From: Myxococcales bacterium
Lineage (GTDB): Bacteria; Myxococcota_A; UBA9042; JABWCM01; BTVJ01
NCBI GenBank assembly: GCA_045863395.1
Contig: BTVJ01000002.1
Coordinates: forward strand, 192,001 to 256,000
DNA length: 64,000 nt
Direction: 5' to 3'
The position numbers and the translations under genes were made by a program. The notes under the pieces were generated by a model that was not told where the DNA came from, did no database searches, and was given only the letters and a program-made list of their open reading frames with translations. Below are positions 28,847 through 37,681 of the stretch, one piece after another. The stretch's first letter is position 1. Every line of letters begins with the position of its first letter.

Positions 28847-28899
28847 CGGCCTGAAGGGCACAAATCGTCTTGACATCATTCGTGCCTAATGGGCACTAT
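28847..28899 (+). promoter_or_regulatory. Rightward early promoter PR with operators (OR)
   Basis: TTGACA-N18-CACTAT (28870-28899); GTGCC-TAATG-GGCAC at 28882-28896 and degenerate CGGCC-TGAAG-GGCAC at 28847-28861. Confidence 0.75.
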
Positions 28900-28905
28900 G
28901 CCCCC

Positions 28906-29208
28906 ATGGACCTGCGAACCTATTGCGCGCATCGCCGCATCACAGACGAACATCTGGCCGGCATTCTCGGGGTGTCGCGTCCCTACATCACAAAGCTCCG
29001 CAACGGACGCTCGGTGACCCTCGCGCAATTGGCTGTGGACATCTCAATTGCGACTGGCGGGCTGGTGAGCATCCAGGAAGCCCTCTTCCCTGACGGGGTC
29101 CCGGCCGGAGCCACCATGACCCCAGCGGACGTACCCGCCGATCCTGCCTTCCCGCACTCCGCATCGCACGCAACACCCGAGGAGGGATCTTGCGCACCCA
29201 CCCCCTGA
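28906..29208 (+). CDS. Cro/YdaS-like HTH regulator
   Basis: MDLRTY..ITDEHLAGILGVSRPYITKLRNG..LAVDISIATGGLVS..E.LFP; ATG 7 nt after the -10, no RBS. Confidence 0.8.
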   Translation: MDLRTYCAHRRITDEHLAGILGVSRPYITKLRNGRSVTLAQLAVDISIATGGLVSIQEALFPDGVPAGATMTPADVPADPAFPHSASHATPEEGSCAPTP

Positions 29209-29681
29209 CGGCCGCAGAGCGCGCCATCCACCGACTGCTCCAGGACCGCCGCCTGCTCCAGGAGGAGCTCGCCGCGCTGGTCGGCTACGACCCAGGCCAC
29301 ATGAGCCGCTGCCTGTCCGGGCAGCACGCGCTCCCGCTTCGGGTCCTGGCCCCGCTGGCCGCCGCTGGCTTCCGCGAGCCGCTCGAGGCGGAGGTCCTCG
29401 CGGCGGGTGGGCGCATCGAGTGGGACGAGACGCCGGTCAACGTCGTCGAGCTGCACCGCACCGCCACGGAGCGTGGCGTGTCCGCGGTGGGGACGGCCAC
29501 CGACTACGCCTCGACGGCATGTGCTGCCGAGGCCCCCTCTTCGCCCGGTGGCCGCAACGTCACCCGGGCGGAGCTCTCCGAGCTGGCCCAGCAAGCCCGC
29601 CGGAACGCCACCCGCTGGCACCAGGAGCTGGCCATCCTCGAGCGCCAGCTCCGCACCTACGACCTGAGGAGGCGCCCATGA
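29190..29681 (+). CDS. CII-like HTH regulatory protein
   Basis: QEELAALVGYDPGHMSRCLSG HTH; C-terminal GG..VT..E helix; follows Cro; GAGGAGG RBS. Confidence 0.65.
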   Translation: MRTHPLTAAERAIHRLLQDRRLLQEELAALVGYDPGHMSRCLSGQHALPLRVLAPLAAAGFREPLEAEVLAAGGRIEWDETPVNVVELHRTATERGVSAVGTATDYASTACAAEAPSSPGGRNVTRAELSELAQQARRNATRWHQELAILERQLRTYDLRRRP

Positions 29682-29757
29682 AGGCGTTCACCATGGCGGC
29701 GGTGAACACGTCTGGCCGCTTCGCACGGGTCCCAAGGTGCTACAGGAGCGGGGGCTC

Positions 29758-29988
29758 ATGAGTGCCCAACTCCACGGGCCTTGGGCCCTCTTCCTCGTGC
29801 GCGCCGACGGCACCTTCGAGGCGGCGCCCATCGTCTGGTGCCGCAACCGGGCGCTTCTCGCTGAGGTCTGTGGGCACCTGGTGGGGCGACCCGGCGTTGA
29901 TGTGGTGATGGCGCCTGCTGACATGGCCGGTCGCCCCCGCTCTGACCTGGCGAAGGTGCTGGCGGCCATGAAGGCGCACGAGAACTGA
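29758..29988 (+). CDS. Small phage hypothetical protein
   Basis: Chained ATGA overlaps via a 27-aa ORF at 29678-29761. Confidence 0.45.
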   Translation: MSAQLHGPWALFLVRADGTFEAAPIVWCRNRALLAEVCGHLVGRPGVDVVMAPADMAGRPRSDLAKVLAAMKAHEN

Positions 29989-30054
29989 CGCACGTACCAG
30001 AGGGGGACGAGGTGCCCCCCCCGCAGCAGCGGCGACACGCCGCGAAGGGCCTCC

Positions 30055-32736
30055 ATGGCCGGCAAGTACTCCGAGCAGCTCCTGGACGCCATCCGCCGCG
30101 CCACTGACCTGCACGACCTGTGCAGGGAGCTGGGCATCCCGGGCCACCGGGAGGGGCGGGGCGTCAAGTACCAGTGCCCGCTCCACGGGGACAGCTCCGA
30201 CGGCAAGTGGAACTTCGACGTGCGGGACAAACGGTCCCGCGAGAACGGCAAGTGCTACTCCTGCGGCAAGAGCGCCGACGCCTTTGGGGTGTGGCAGGCC
30301 GTGCGGGGAGGGACGTTCCCCGACGCGGTGCAGGCCCTGGCCTCTCGGGCGGGGATCCGCCTCGATGACGCTGCGGGGCCCCCTCCTGCTTCGACGCCTG
30401 CGGCCGGGGCTTCGCGCCAGGGGGCGGGGGCTCAGGCCAAGGGCCCGTCGCTGTGCTCCGCGGACTGGATCCCACCCAAGAAGGGGGAGGTGGTCGCGCA
30501 GTACCCCTACGTGGACGAGGCGGGCCGCGTCCTCTTCGAGGTCCTGCGGTTCAGCCCCAAGAGCTTCGCCCAGCGCCGGCCCGGTCCTCACCCTCACTCG
30601 TCGCTGTGGCTCTGGACCCTGGAGCCTGTGCAGACCGCCCGGCTCAAGGGCCGGGAGGTGGACGTGCACCTCGGGCCGGTGCGGCGCGTGCCTTACCTCC
30701 TGCCCGCAGTCCTCGCCGCGGGGAAGCGGGGCGAGCGGGTCTGGTTCGTGGAGGGGGAGAAGGACGTCCGGACGCTGCAGGCCCTGGGGCTTACTGCCAC
30801 CACGTCCCCACAGGGGGCGAAGAGCTGGGCGGAGTCCAAGGAGGAGGTGGCCAAGGCCATCGCCGGTGCTCACGTGGTGGTGCTCTGCGACAACGACGGC
30901 CCGGGCCGCGCCTTCGCCGCGGAGGTGGTCTCGACGCTGGCGGCGAGCGCAGCCGCGTCGGTGCGCCTGCTTGACCCCCTGCCCGCTCTGCCAGGGTACC
31001 AGCCGGCGGAGCACGACGACGTCACGGTGTGGGTGCGGGCCGGGGGCACTCGGCCGCTGCTCGAGACGGCGGCCGCGTCGGCGCCGCCGGCTGAGCCGCC
31101 CTCGACGGACCCTGCCGCGTTCCGGGTCGCCAACTTCCTGGCTCGGATGGAGGCCGACGCGGACGGCAACGAGTCGATGCGCCGGTACTCCGTGCCCCTC
31201 AACGAGATCCTCCGGACGCTGCACCAGGCGACCGGGGGGTGGCCACGCACGATCAACGGGCTCCTCTTCGCGCACGAGCCCCCGGCCTCCGGGACCCTGC
31301 CCGCGCCGGACGCCATCCGTCCGCTGAACAACGATGCGGAGCTGTTCGCGTGGCTGAAGACGAAGGGCACGGAGGTGAGCTGGACGGGGCGCGAGGTGGT
31401 GCAGCCGTCGCAGCTCGGGACGTGCGCCCCTGTCTCGCGTAACGAGCTGCTCGCCGGCGCACGCATGGCCAGCCCCGCCAGGTACGTCGCTGCCGAGCTG
31501 CTGCCCCACCATCCCCCCCGGCCTCTCACGTTCTACTCGTGCGGGCACATCCCCAGCGGCAACGGTAAGGCCCTTGACGAGTTCGTGGGGATGCTCAACC
31601 CGGCGAGCGACCATGACCGAGACCTGCTACGAGCGCTGATCGTGACGCTCCTCTGGGGGGGAGAGCCCGGCGCTCGGCCAGGGTGGGTGATCACCTCGGA
31701 GCACGGGGTCGGCACAGGGAAGACGACCACCGCCATCGCCATCGCCGCCATCGTGGGCGGGTGCGTCGGCATCCGGCCTAACGACGACTGGGCCAAGACC
31801 TCGGAGCGCCTGCTGTCGGACAACGCACTGAGCAAGCGCGTGGTGCTCATCGACAACCTCAAGGGTCGGCTCAACAGCTCGGAGTTCGAGTCGGCCATCA
31901 CCGACGGCACCATCAACGGCAAGCGCATGTACCACGGCGACTACGAACGACCCAACACGCTCACGTGGGTCTTCACCGTCAACATCGCCGAGCTGTCCCG
32001 CGACCTGGCCGACAGGTGCGTGGTCGTCAACATTGGTCGGGCGCGACACGGCGTCGACTTCCGGGGAGCCGCCCAGGCGTTCCTCGAGTCCAGGCGGTAC
32101 GAGCTGGTCGCAGACATCCTCGCCCACCTGAGGGCCGCTCCGCTCGACCCGATCACGACGGACAACGCTGACCGCTTCCAGTCGTGGCAGCAGGCCGTCC
32201 TGTCGCGGTTCCCGAACGGCAACGAGCTGGCCGCCCTGGCGAAGGAGCGGCGCCCCACCGTGGACTCAGACGCCAGCGACGCGCGGGAGGTGGCCGCTTC
32301 CATCGCGGACCTGATCCGCGAGCGGGGGTACTGCCCGGTGCACGAACACATCTTCATCCCGACCCGGGAGCTCGCCACGCGCTTGCACCCGCTGTTCGGC
32401 ACGCGGACCGACGTGGGGCTCAAGGCGAAGCTCAAGAGCCTCGCGCACGACAAGTCCTTGCACCCCGCGAACTTCGAGGGCAGGCTGGCAGGGATAGGGA
32501 CCCGAGGCGCAGACTGGTTCCCGCTCACCGCCATCGACACCACCCAGCGACTGCTTGGTCCTGCGCTGGCAGGTGTGACGGCTGTGACGGGTAAAATACA
32601 TTGTTCCCACTGTACACGCGGAACGACTATCACTACCCCTCCCACGTGCAGTGAGAACAATGTATTTTACCCGTCACACTCGTCACACCTGACAGATCCC
32701 CCCCCTTCTCCCGGCTACGAGGAGGGCACCCTGTGA
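30055..32736 (+). CDS. Primase-helicase (CHC2 Zn finger + TOPRIM + P-loop ATPase)
   Basis: CPLHGD..CYSCG; VEGEKD; LCDNDGPG; Walker A GVGTGKTT; Walker B VVLIDN. Confidence 0.88.
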   Translation: MAGKYSEQLLDAIRRATDLHDLCRELGIPGHREGRGVKYQCPLHGDSSDGKWNFDVRDKRSRENGKCYSCGKSADAFGVWQAVRGGTFPDAVQALASRAGIRLDDAAGPPPASTPAAGASRQGAGAQAKGPSLCSADWIPPKKGEVVAQYPYVDEAGRVLFEVLRFSPKSFAQRRPGPHPHSSLWLWTLEPVQTARLKGREVDVHLGPVRRVPYLLPAVLAAGKRGERVWFVEGEKDVRTLQALGLTATTSPQGAKSWAESKEEVAKAIAGAHVVVLCDNDGPGRAFAAEVVSTLAASAAASVRLLDPLPALPGYQPAEHDDVTVWVRAGGTRPLLETAAASAPPAEPPSTDPAAFRVANFLARMEADADGNESMRRYSVPLNEILRTLHQATGGWPRTINGLLFAHEPPASGTLPAPDAIRPLNNDAELFAWLKTKGTEVSWTGREVVQPSQLGTCAPVSRNELLAGARMASPARYVAAELLPHHPPRPLTFYSCGHIPSGNGKALDEFVGMLNPASDHDRDLLRALIVTLLWGGEPGARPGWVITSEHGVGTGKTTTAIAIAAIVGGCVGIRPNDDWAKTSERLLSDNALSKRVVLIDNLKGRLNSSEFESAITDGTINGKRMYHGDYERPNTLTWVFTVNIAELSRDLADRCVVVNIGRARHGVDFRGAAQAFLESRRYELVADILAHLRAAPLDPITTDNADRFQSWQQAVLSRFPNGNELAALAKERRPTVDSDASDAREVAASIADLIRERGYCPVHEHIFIPTRELATRLHPLFGTRTDVGLKAKLKSLAHDKSLHPANFEGRLAGIGTRGADWFPLTAIDTTQRLLGPALAGVTAVTGKIHCSHCTRGTTITTPPTCSENNVFYPSHSSHLTDPPPSPGYEEGTL
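32570..32691. repeat. 43-bp inverted repeat, candidate phage replication origin
   Basis: Arms 32570-32612 and 32649-32691 match at 40/43; each has two TGTGACG units and an AT-rich TAAAATACATTGTT. Confidence 0.75.
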
Positions 32737-33209
32737 CCTCGCCTTCCCCCGCAGTGTTGGTGGCCGAGCTGCTCCAGCAGGGGGTGGAGCTGCGGGTCAA
32801 CGCCCTCGGCGAGCTGGGCTTCCGGGCCACGCCCGGCGCCATGACGCCGGAGGTCAAGGCGCGCGTGGGAGCGCAGAAGGGCGAGGTCATCGCCTACCTG
32901 CGGGCCCTGCGGCTGCCAGGGACCGCCGAGCTGACGCGCATCGAGGCCGTGGCCATCGCCCAGGGGTGGACCCACGCGGAGCTGTGGGAGACCGCCGGGC
33001 CGATGCGAGCGCGCGGCCTCGTGTGCTTCCTCCGCCTCGGAGACCGGATCGTGGCGGTCTCCAGGGCGCGCATCACCTACGAGCGCCGGGCTCCCACGCC
33101 TGCGCGCCTGAGCTGGTACGGACACGCGGGGGTGCGCCCCGTGTGGCAAGGCAGTTTGCACGCACGTCTGGAGCGCGAGGCGCCACCCATCGACGTGCGA
33201 GAGGAGTAG
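32733..33209 (+). CDS. TubC N-terminal docking-domain-like protein
   Basis: LVAELLQQGVELRV..GELGFRA.PGAMTPE...V...KGEVIAYL; GTGA overlap with the primase gene. Confidence 0.6.
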   Translation: MTSPSPAVLVAELLQQGVELRVNALGELGFRATPGAMTPEVKARVGAQKGEVIAYLRALRLPGTAELTRIEAVAIAQGWTHAELWETAGPMRARGLVCFLRLGDRIVAVSRARITYERRAPTPARLSWYGHAGVRPVWQGSLHARLEREAPPIDVREE

Positions 33210-33216
33210 TACGGGC

Positions 33217-33444
33217 ATGGACGAGGCGGAGAGGGACAGGATGCTCGCGGCCATTGCGCTGGCATCGGTGGTGTGCGGCGACAGGATGGACCGGCACGTG
33301 TGGGCTGTAGCGGTGCAGCAGCTCGCCCTGGTCAGGGACCCGCGCGGCGAGGTGCTGCAGCGCCTCGATGAGGCGCGTGATGCGCTGAGCGCGCCGGTCC
33401 TGGTGACGCTCAGCGGGCTGACGGTGGAAGGGGGTAGCCTGTGA
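33217..33444 (+). CDS. Small phage hypothetical protein
   Basis: GAGGAG RBS; coupled to the next gene. Confidence 0.5.
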   Translation: MDEAERDRMLAAIALASVVCGDRMDRHVWAVAVQQLALVRDPRGEVLQRLDEARDALSAPVLVTLSGLTVEGGSL

Positions 33445-34013
33445 CGGTGTGCGTGGCGGTGATGGACGCGACGCACGTCGCGATTGCAGCGGACGGCCGG
33501 TCCGTGAACCAGGGCGGGACCATCGTCGCCGAGGAGACACGCAAGGTGCTCCGCTTCGGGCAGATGATCGTCGCCGCCGCGGGCGAGCAGGGACTGATCA
33601 ACGAGTGGCACCACGCGCTGGACCAGGTGGCGACCGATGAGCTCACGCCGCGCGTGCCCGCGCGCCTCGCCCGTGAGCTGTGCCGGCAGGAGTGCACGAC
33701 ACCGTTCGACGGCGCCGGCATGCCCACCGCGTGGGACCTGACCGCGGTCATCGCCACGGCGCAGGGGATCTGGCGGTTCTCGTATGGGGGCATGCTGTGT
33801 CCCGTGGTCGGCTCGTGCTACGCCATCGGCTCAGGCGCGGAGGCGGCCCGCGGAGCCGTCGAGGCGATGAAGGTGCTCGAGGCGTCGTGGCCGGCCGGCA
33901 AGTGGCCCCTTCCGAGCGCGGCGCTGCTGGCGACGCTGGCGGCGATGGCGGCCTGCCGTGTGGACAGCGCGTGCGGCGGCAGTGTCCACGCGGTCAGTCT
34001 GGCCAGGGGTTGA
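33441..34013 (+). CDS. Proteasome beta-subunit/HslV-like Ntn threonine protease
   Basis: After Met removal: Thr1, Asp17 (AADGR), Lys34 (Lys33 equivalent), Gly47, AIGSG, DSACGG. Confidence 0.82.
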   Translation: MTVCVAVMDATHVAIAADGRSVNQGGTIVAEETRKVLRFGQMIVAAAGEQGLINEWHHALDQVATDELTPRVPARLARELCRQECTTPFDGAGMPTAWDLTAVIATAQGIWRFSYGGMLCPVVGSCYAIGSGAEAARGAVEAMKVLEASWPAGKWPLPSAALLATLAAMAACRVDSACGGSVHAVSLARG

Positions 34014-34032
34014 CACTGAACATTCATTCAGG
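34010..34032 (+). promoter_or_regulatory. Candidate late promoter 1: TTGACA immediately followed by LexA-type box 2
   Basis: TTGACA 34010-34015 then CTGAACATTCATTCAGG 34016-34032 (16/17 to consensus); -10 weak or unclear. Confidence 0.65.
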
Positions 34033-34058
34033 CATCGAATCACTCATGAGGTGGACCC

Positions 34059-34199
34059 ATGCGATCTCTGTTCGGTGGAGCGAAGGCAGCGACGGCCGTC
34101 CTGCGACGGCTGGAGTGGAGCGTCTGGCTGACCATCCGGTGGCACGGCAAGCCCCTACTCGACCTGGAGGCGGGGGCAGGGGTCGGCGGCGAGGAATGA
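34059..34199 (+). CDS. 46-aa small protein, first ORF after LexA box 2
   Basis: GAGGTGG RBS; MRSLFGGAKAATAVLRRLEWSVWLTIRWHGKPLLDLEAGAGVGGEE; below the ORF-track cut-off. Confidence 0.5.
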   Translation: MRSLFGGAKAATAVLRRLEWSVWLTIRWHGKPLLDLEAGAGVGGEE

Positions 34200-34330
34200 C
34201 AAGCCGCCCGACCCCCCTGGGGGAGGTCCCAGGGGCCGAGCGAAGCGGAACATCCTCCCCCCGAAAAACGCCCCGGTTTCAGGGAAAAAATCAAATGTGT
34301 GAAGTGAATTCGGAGGCTTGAACGCGACCC

Positions 34331-34963
34331 ATGGCCAACCCGGAGCGACCAGCAGCGAGCCGCAAAGCGCGGGACATCGCTCCCGCGCGGTACGTCCAGG
34401 CCGCGGAGGAGCGGGCTGCAGCGGAGCTTGCCGGGGTGGACGTCGATGCGGTGGCCCGCGAGAAGCAGGCCGAGCACGACCAGGCCCGGCGCGAGCTGGA
34501 CGCCACGCTGCTCCGCGGCCGCTCGCCCTTCGCGCGCAAGATGTTCCGGCTGTTCGCGGTGGCGGACCTGGACACCTGCGCCGGGCTGGTCGGCTTGTGC
34601 TTCGCCGAGCAGCACGAGGAGCGGCAGGCTGCCGTGGCTGCTGCGGCCGCTGCCCAGGCGGATGCCGAGCGCCTCGAGGACGAGGCCGCCAAGTCGCGCC
34701 CCGTCAACCCCATGCTGCAGCTCGACGGCGTGGCCCCTCCCGCTGCTCGCAAGAAGGCCCCGCGGATCGTCGCCGTGGCAGGGCCGGTCATCGACCATCG
34801 CAGCCGTCGCGGGTACGTCGAGCTGACCACCCTCCTGAAGCAGGTGGTTGAGGCCAAGCTCTCGCGCCACGACGATGGCCTCGACGAGGGCCCGCGCGCT
34901 GCGACGGTGGTCTTCGAGGGCCCCCCCGCCGCCAACGCGTCGAACCTCCCCCCTGAGGGCTGA
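34331..34963 (+). CDS. Probable terminase small subunit
   Basis: GGAGG RBS; helical 210-aa protein directly before TerL (positional inference). Confidence 0.55.
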   Translation: MANPERPAASRKARDIAPARYVQAAEERAAAELAGVDVDAVAREKQAEHDQARRELDATLLRGRSPFARKMFRLFAVADLDTCAGLVGLCFAEQHEERQAAVAAAAAAQADAERLEDEAAKSRPVNPMLQLDGVAPPAARKKAPRIVAVAGPVIDHRSRRGYVELTTLLKQVVEAKLSRHDDGLDEGPRAATVVFEGPPAANASNLPPEG

Positions 34964-34966
34964 GCC

Positions 34967-36316
34967 ATGGGCATCGGACAGGCGCCGATCCACGTGTCCG
35001 TGTCAGCGGAGCGGGCGTTCGGGGTGCCATGGCACGACGGCCAGACCCGAGGGATCCTGTCCACGACTCCACTGCTCATGATCGTGGCCGGTCGCGGCTT
35101 CGGGAAGACGACGCTGATGTGCGCCAAGGCCATCCGCGAGAGCCAGGAGCCGGAGAATGCGGGGCTGCCCGGCGCCCTGCTGTGCCCCACGTACCGGCAG
35201 CTCACCCGCGTGCACCAAGTCACGCTCGAGAAGCAGTTCCGCACCTTCCAGGAGACCACCGGGGTCAAGCTCCTGCGCAAGTTCCACAAGAGCGCCAAGG
35301 TCTTCGAGCTGATGAACGGAGCGGAGATCTGGCTCCTGAGCTACGAGCGCTACGAGAACCTCCGCAGCTTCACCCTCGCCTGGGTGGGGGTCGACGAGAT
35401 CACCGCGGTCAGCAACGAGGAGGCGGTCCTCGACGTGGTGCTCCCGGCGGTGCGCGGCGAGGGTACCGGGCGGATCTGGTTCTGCAACACGCCGCGTGGG
35501 CTGAAGGGCATCGTCAAGACGTTCGTCGATGAGGTGCGCGCTGGCAACCCGGACTATCAGGTCATCCACGGCACCAGCTACGACAACTCCGGCCTCGACC
35601 GCGAGCGCATCGACCGCATGCGCAAGACGATGGGCCGCGCGCAGGCCCGTCAGGAGATTGACGCCGTGCTCCTGCGCCCAGCGAACCTGGTCTACTCCGA
35701 GTTCAGCCGGTCCGTGCACCTGAAGCCCTGGCGGTACAGCTCGAGGTACCCCTACAGCTTCTGGGTGGACTGGGGCGACTCGCACCCGTCGTACCTCCAG
35801 GTGCAGCACAACGTGCCCATTGATGGGGTGCCGTCCGACGTCGTTGTCTGGCAGTTTTGCGATGACGACGTGCCGTGGGCCCGCGGTCAGTCGGTGCTCA
35901 AGGCCCGCGCTGCCGAGTGCGACCGCGAGCCCGAGGAGTTCGTGGGGGACCGGGCCGTGCGCTCGCAGATGCAGTGGGCGGCCCAGGCGTTCCCGCAGAC
36001 GCGGACGCGCAAGATGGAGACTCGAGAGGACCAGGAGATCTGGCGCGGCGTTCAGATCGTCAAGTGGCGGCTCGAGCCGGAAGAGGGCCCCCCCCGGCTG
36101 TACTTCGCCTCCAACCTGGCAGAGGACCTGCGCCAGCGAGGGATCATCTCGGCCCTCGAGCAGTACAAGCGCTGCCTGGACCCCGTGTCACAGTCGCCCA
36201 TCGACAAGCCCTACAAGGACAACGTCACCGACCACGCCAACGACGCGCTTCGGATGGGCGTTGTCGCGCGCTACGGCGGCGCCGTCCGTCGCGATCCCAT
36301 TCGTGCACCACTCTGA
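34967..36316 (+). CDS. terL: Terminase large subunit
   Basis: Walker A AGRGFGKT; Walker B VGVDE; NTPRG; SYDN; nuclease VDWG and DHANDALR. Confidence 0.93.
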   Translation: MGIGQAPIHVSVSAERAFGVPWHDGQTRGILSTTPLLMIVAGRGFGKTTLMCAKAIRESQEPENAGLPGALLCPTYRQLTRVHQVTLEKQFRTFQETTGVKLLRKFHKSAKVFELMNGAEIWLLSYERYENLRSFTLAWVGVDEITAVSNEEAVLDVVLPAVRGEGTGRIWFCNTPRGLKGIVKTFVDEVRAGNPDYQVIHGTSYDNSGLDRERIDRMRKTMGRAQARQEIDAVLLRPANLVYSEFSRSVHLKPWRYSSRYPYSFWVDWGDSHPSYLQVQHNVPIDGVPSDVVVWQFCDDDVPWARGQSVLKARAAECDREPEEFVGDRAVRSQMQWAAQAFPQTRTRKMETREDQEIWRGVQIVKWRLEPEEGPPRLYFASNLAEDLRQRGIISALEQYKRCLDPVSQSPIDKPYKDNVTDHANDALRMGVVARYGGAVRRDPIRAPL

Positions 36317-36326
36317 GAGGCCCTCG

Positions 36327-37658
36327 ATGCTCGCCCCGCAGCACACCAAGGAGATCAACACCGACGCGCAGCGCGAGCTTAGCGAGCGCCTCGATGCCTA
36401 CCACCGGCAGGACTTCCGCCCTGCCGACGCCGCGCTCCGGAAGCTCTACCCGCGCAGCCAGTCACGCATGGTCCGCAAGCCTCTGGCGCTGGTCTACCGG
36501 TACGTGATGGAGACGGCGGACGCCTACGCGCGAGCGCCGGAGCGGACCTTCTTGACGGGGGACGGGCAACCAATGGAGGCCACGCGCGCCCAGGAGCTGC
36601 TGCGCTGGTATGGTCGCCTCAACATGGAGGAGGCCTTCCAGCTCGGCAACGAACTGCTCGCCGTGCAGCGGACCTACATCGGCGCCATCCTGCCACGACC
36701 GATGGGAGGCTATCGTCACCAGGTGTGGAGACCGTACCAGTACGAGGTCACACCGCACCCGGACGATCCCGGATCGCTGTCCAGCGCCAAGGAAGTGCGC
36801 TTGGCCGTGCCTGTGGAGACGGACCGCAATCGGGTCCGGTTCGGGCTTCTGGTGATGAACCAGGAGCGGATCTACATCAAGGACGGCAGAGAGGAACGCC
36901 CCGTGTTCTTTGGGTCGACGCAGAACCCCTTCGCGGGCCGCCTGCCCCTCTGGTACGGGCGCGAGGGCTCGCCCTTGGACGGGGAGTTCAACGCCGCCGT
37001 CCCTGACGATCTGGACGCGGCCCAGACGGCGATGTGCCTGGAGCCCAGCGAGTCGAACCTGATCGGGCGATCGCAGAGCTTCGGACAGCGGACGCTGTCT
37101 GGCGGGAGCCGCGTGAAGCCGCAGGAGATGGAGCTCGGGCCAGAACTCATCCTGCCCCTCGAGGATGGCGAGATCCTGGCCAACGTGCAACCGAGCCCGA
37201 CGCTGGGACAGTACCTCGACGCCGGCGACCGGTACCTGCGCCTGTTCTTCCAGCTCCGGGGCATCAACGCCGACAGCGTGTTGAAGGGCGCCATGACCTG
37301 GTTGGCCAAGCAGATGGACCTGGCCGACCGGGAGCGGTTCAAGGTGCGGATGCGCCGCGCGCTGGAGGCGGCCGAAGCCCGCTTCCTGCAGGCCCTGGTG
37401 ACGGTCCTCAACAAGGGCGCCGTGCGCATGTGGCCCACCGATCTGCACGTCACGGTGGGCTGGCGGGAGCAGGCATGGCCGGCGGACCCGCAGAACGAAG
37501 CGGCCGCCGCAGAGACACTGCAGCGCATCGGCGTGGAGTCCGGGCCGGAGCAGATCGCGAGGCGTCGACAGATCACCATCGAGGAGGCGACGAGGGTCTA
37601 CCAGGCAAACATGACCCTCGCCCGGGCGGCCAGGGCTGCGGCTCCGAGCAGTCCATAG
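36327..37658 (+). CDS. Portal protein
   Basis: 443 aa directly after TerL; early Y, C-terminal helix then V.VGW...P.D..E pattern of SPP1-like portals. Confidence 0.75.
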   Translation: MLAPQHTKEINTDAQRELSERLDAYHRQDFRPADAALRKLYPRSQSRMVRKPLALVYRYVMETADAYARAPERTFLTGDGQPMEATRAQELLRWYGRLNMEEAFQLGNELLAVQRTYIGAILPRPMGGYRHQVWRPYQYEVTPHPDDPGSLSSAKEVRLAVPVETDRNRVRFGLLVMNQERIYIKDGREERPVFFGSTQNPFAGRLPLWYGREGSPLDGEFNAAVPDDLDAAQTAMCLEPSESNLIGRSQSFGQRTLSGGSRVKPQEMELGPELILPLEDGEILANVQPSPTLGQYLDAGDRYLRLFFQLRGINADSVLKGAMTWLAKQMDLADRERFKVRMRRALEAAEARFLQALVTVLNKGAVRMWPTDLHVTVGWREQAWPADPQNEAAAAETLQRIGVESGPEQIARRRQITIEEATRVYQANMTLARAARAAAPSSP

Positions 37659-37681
37659 GTGGAGTACTCGCAAGAACGTGC

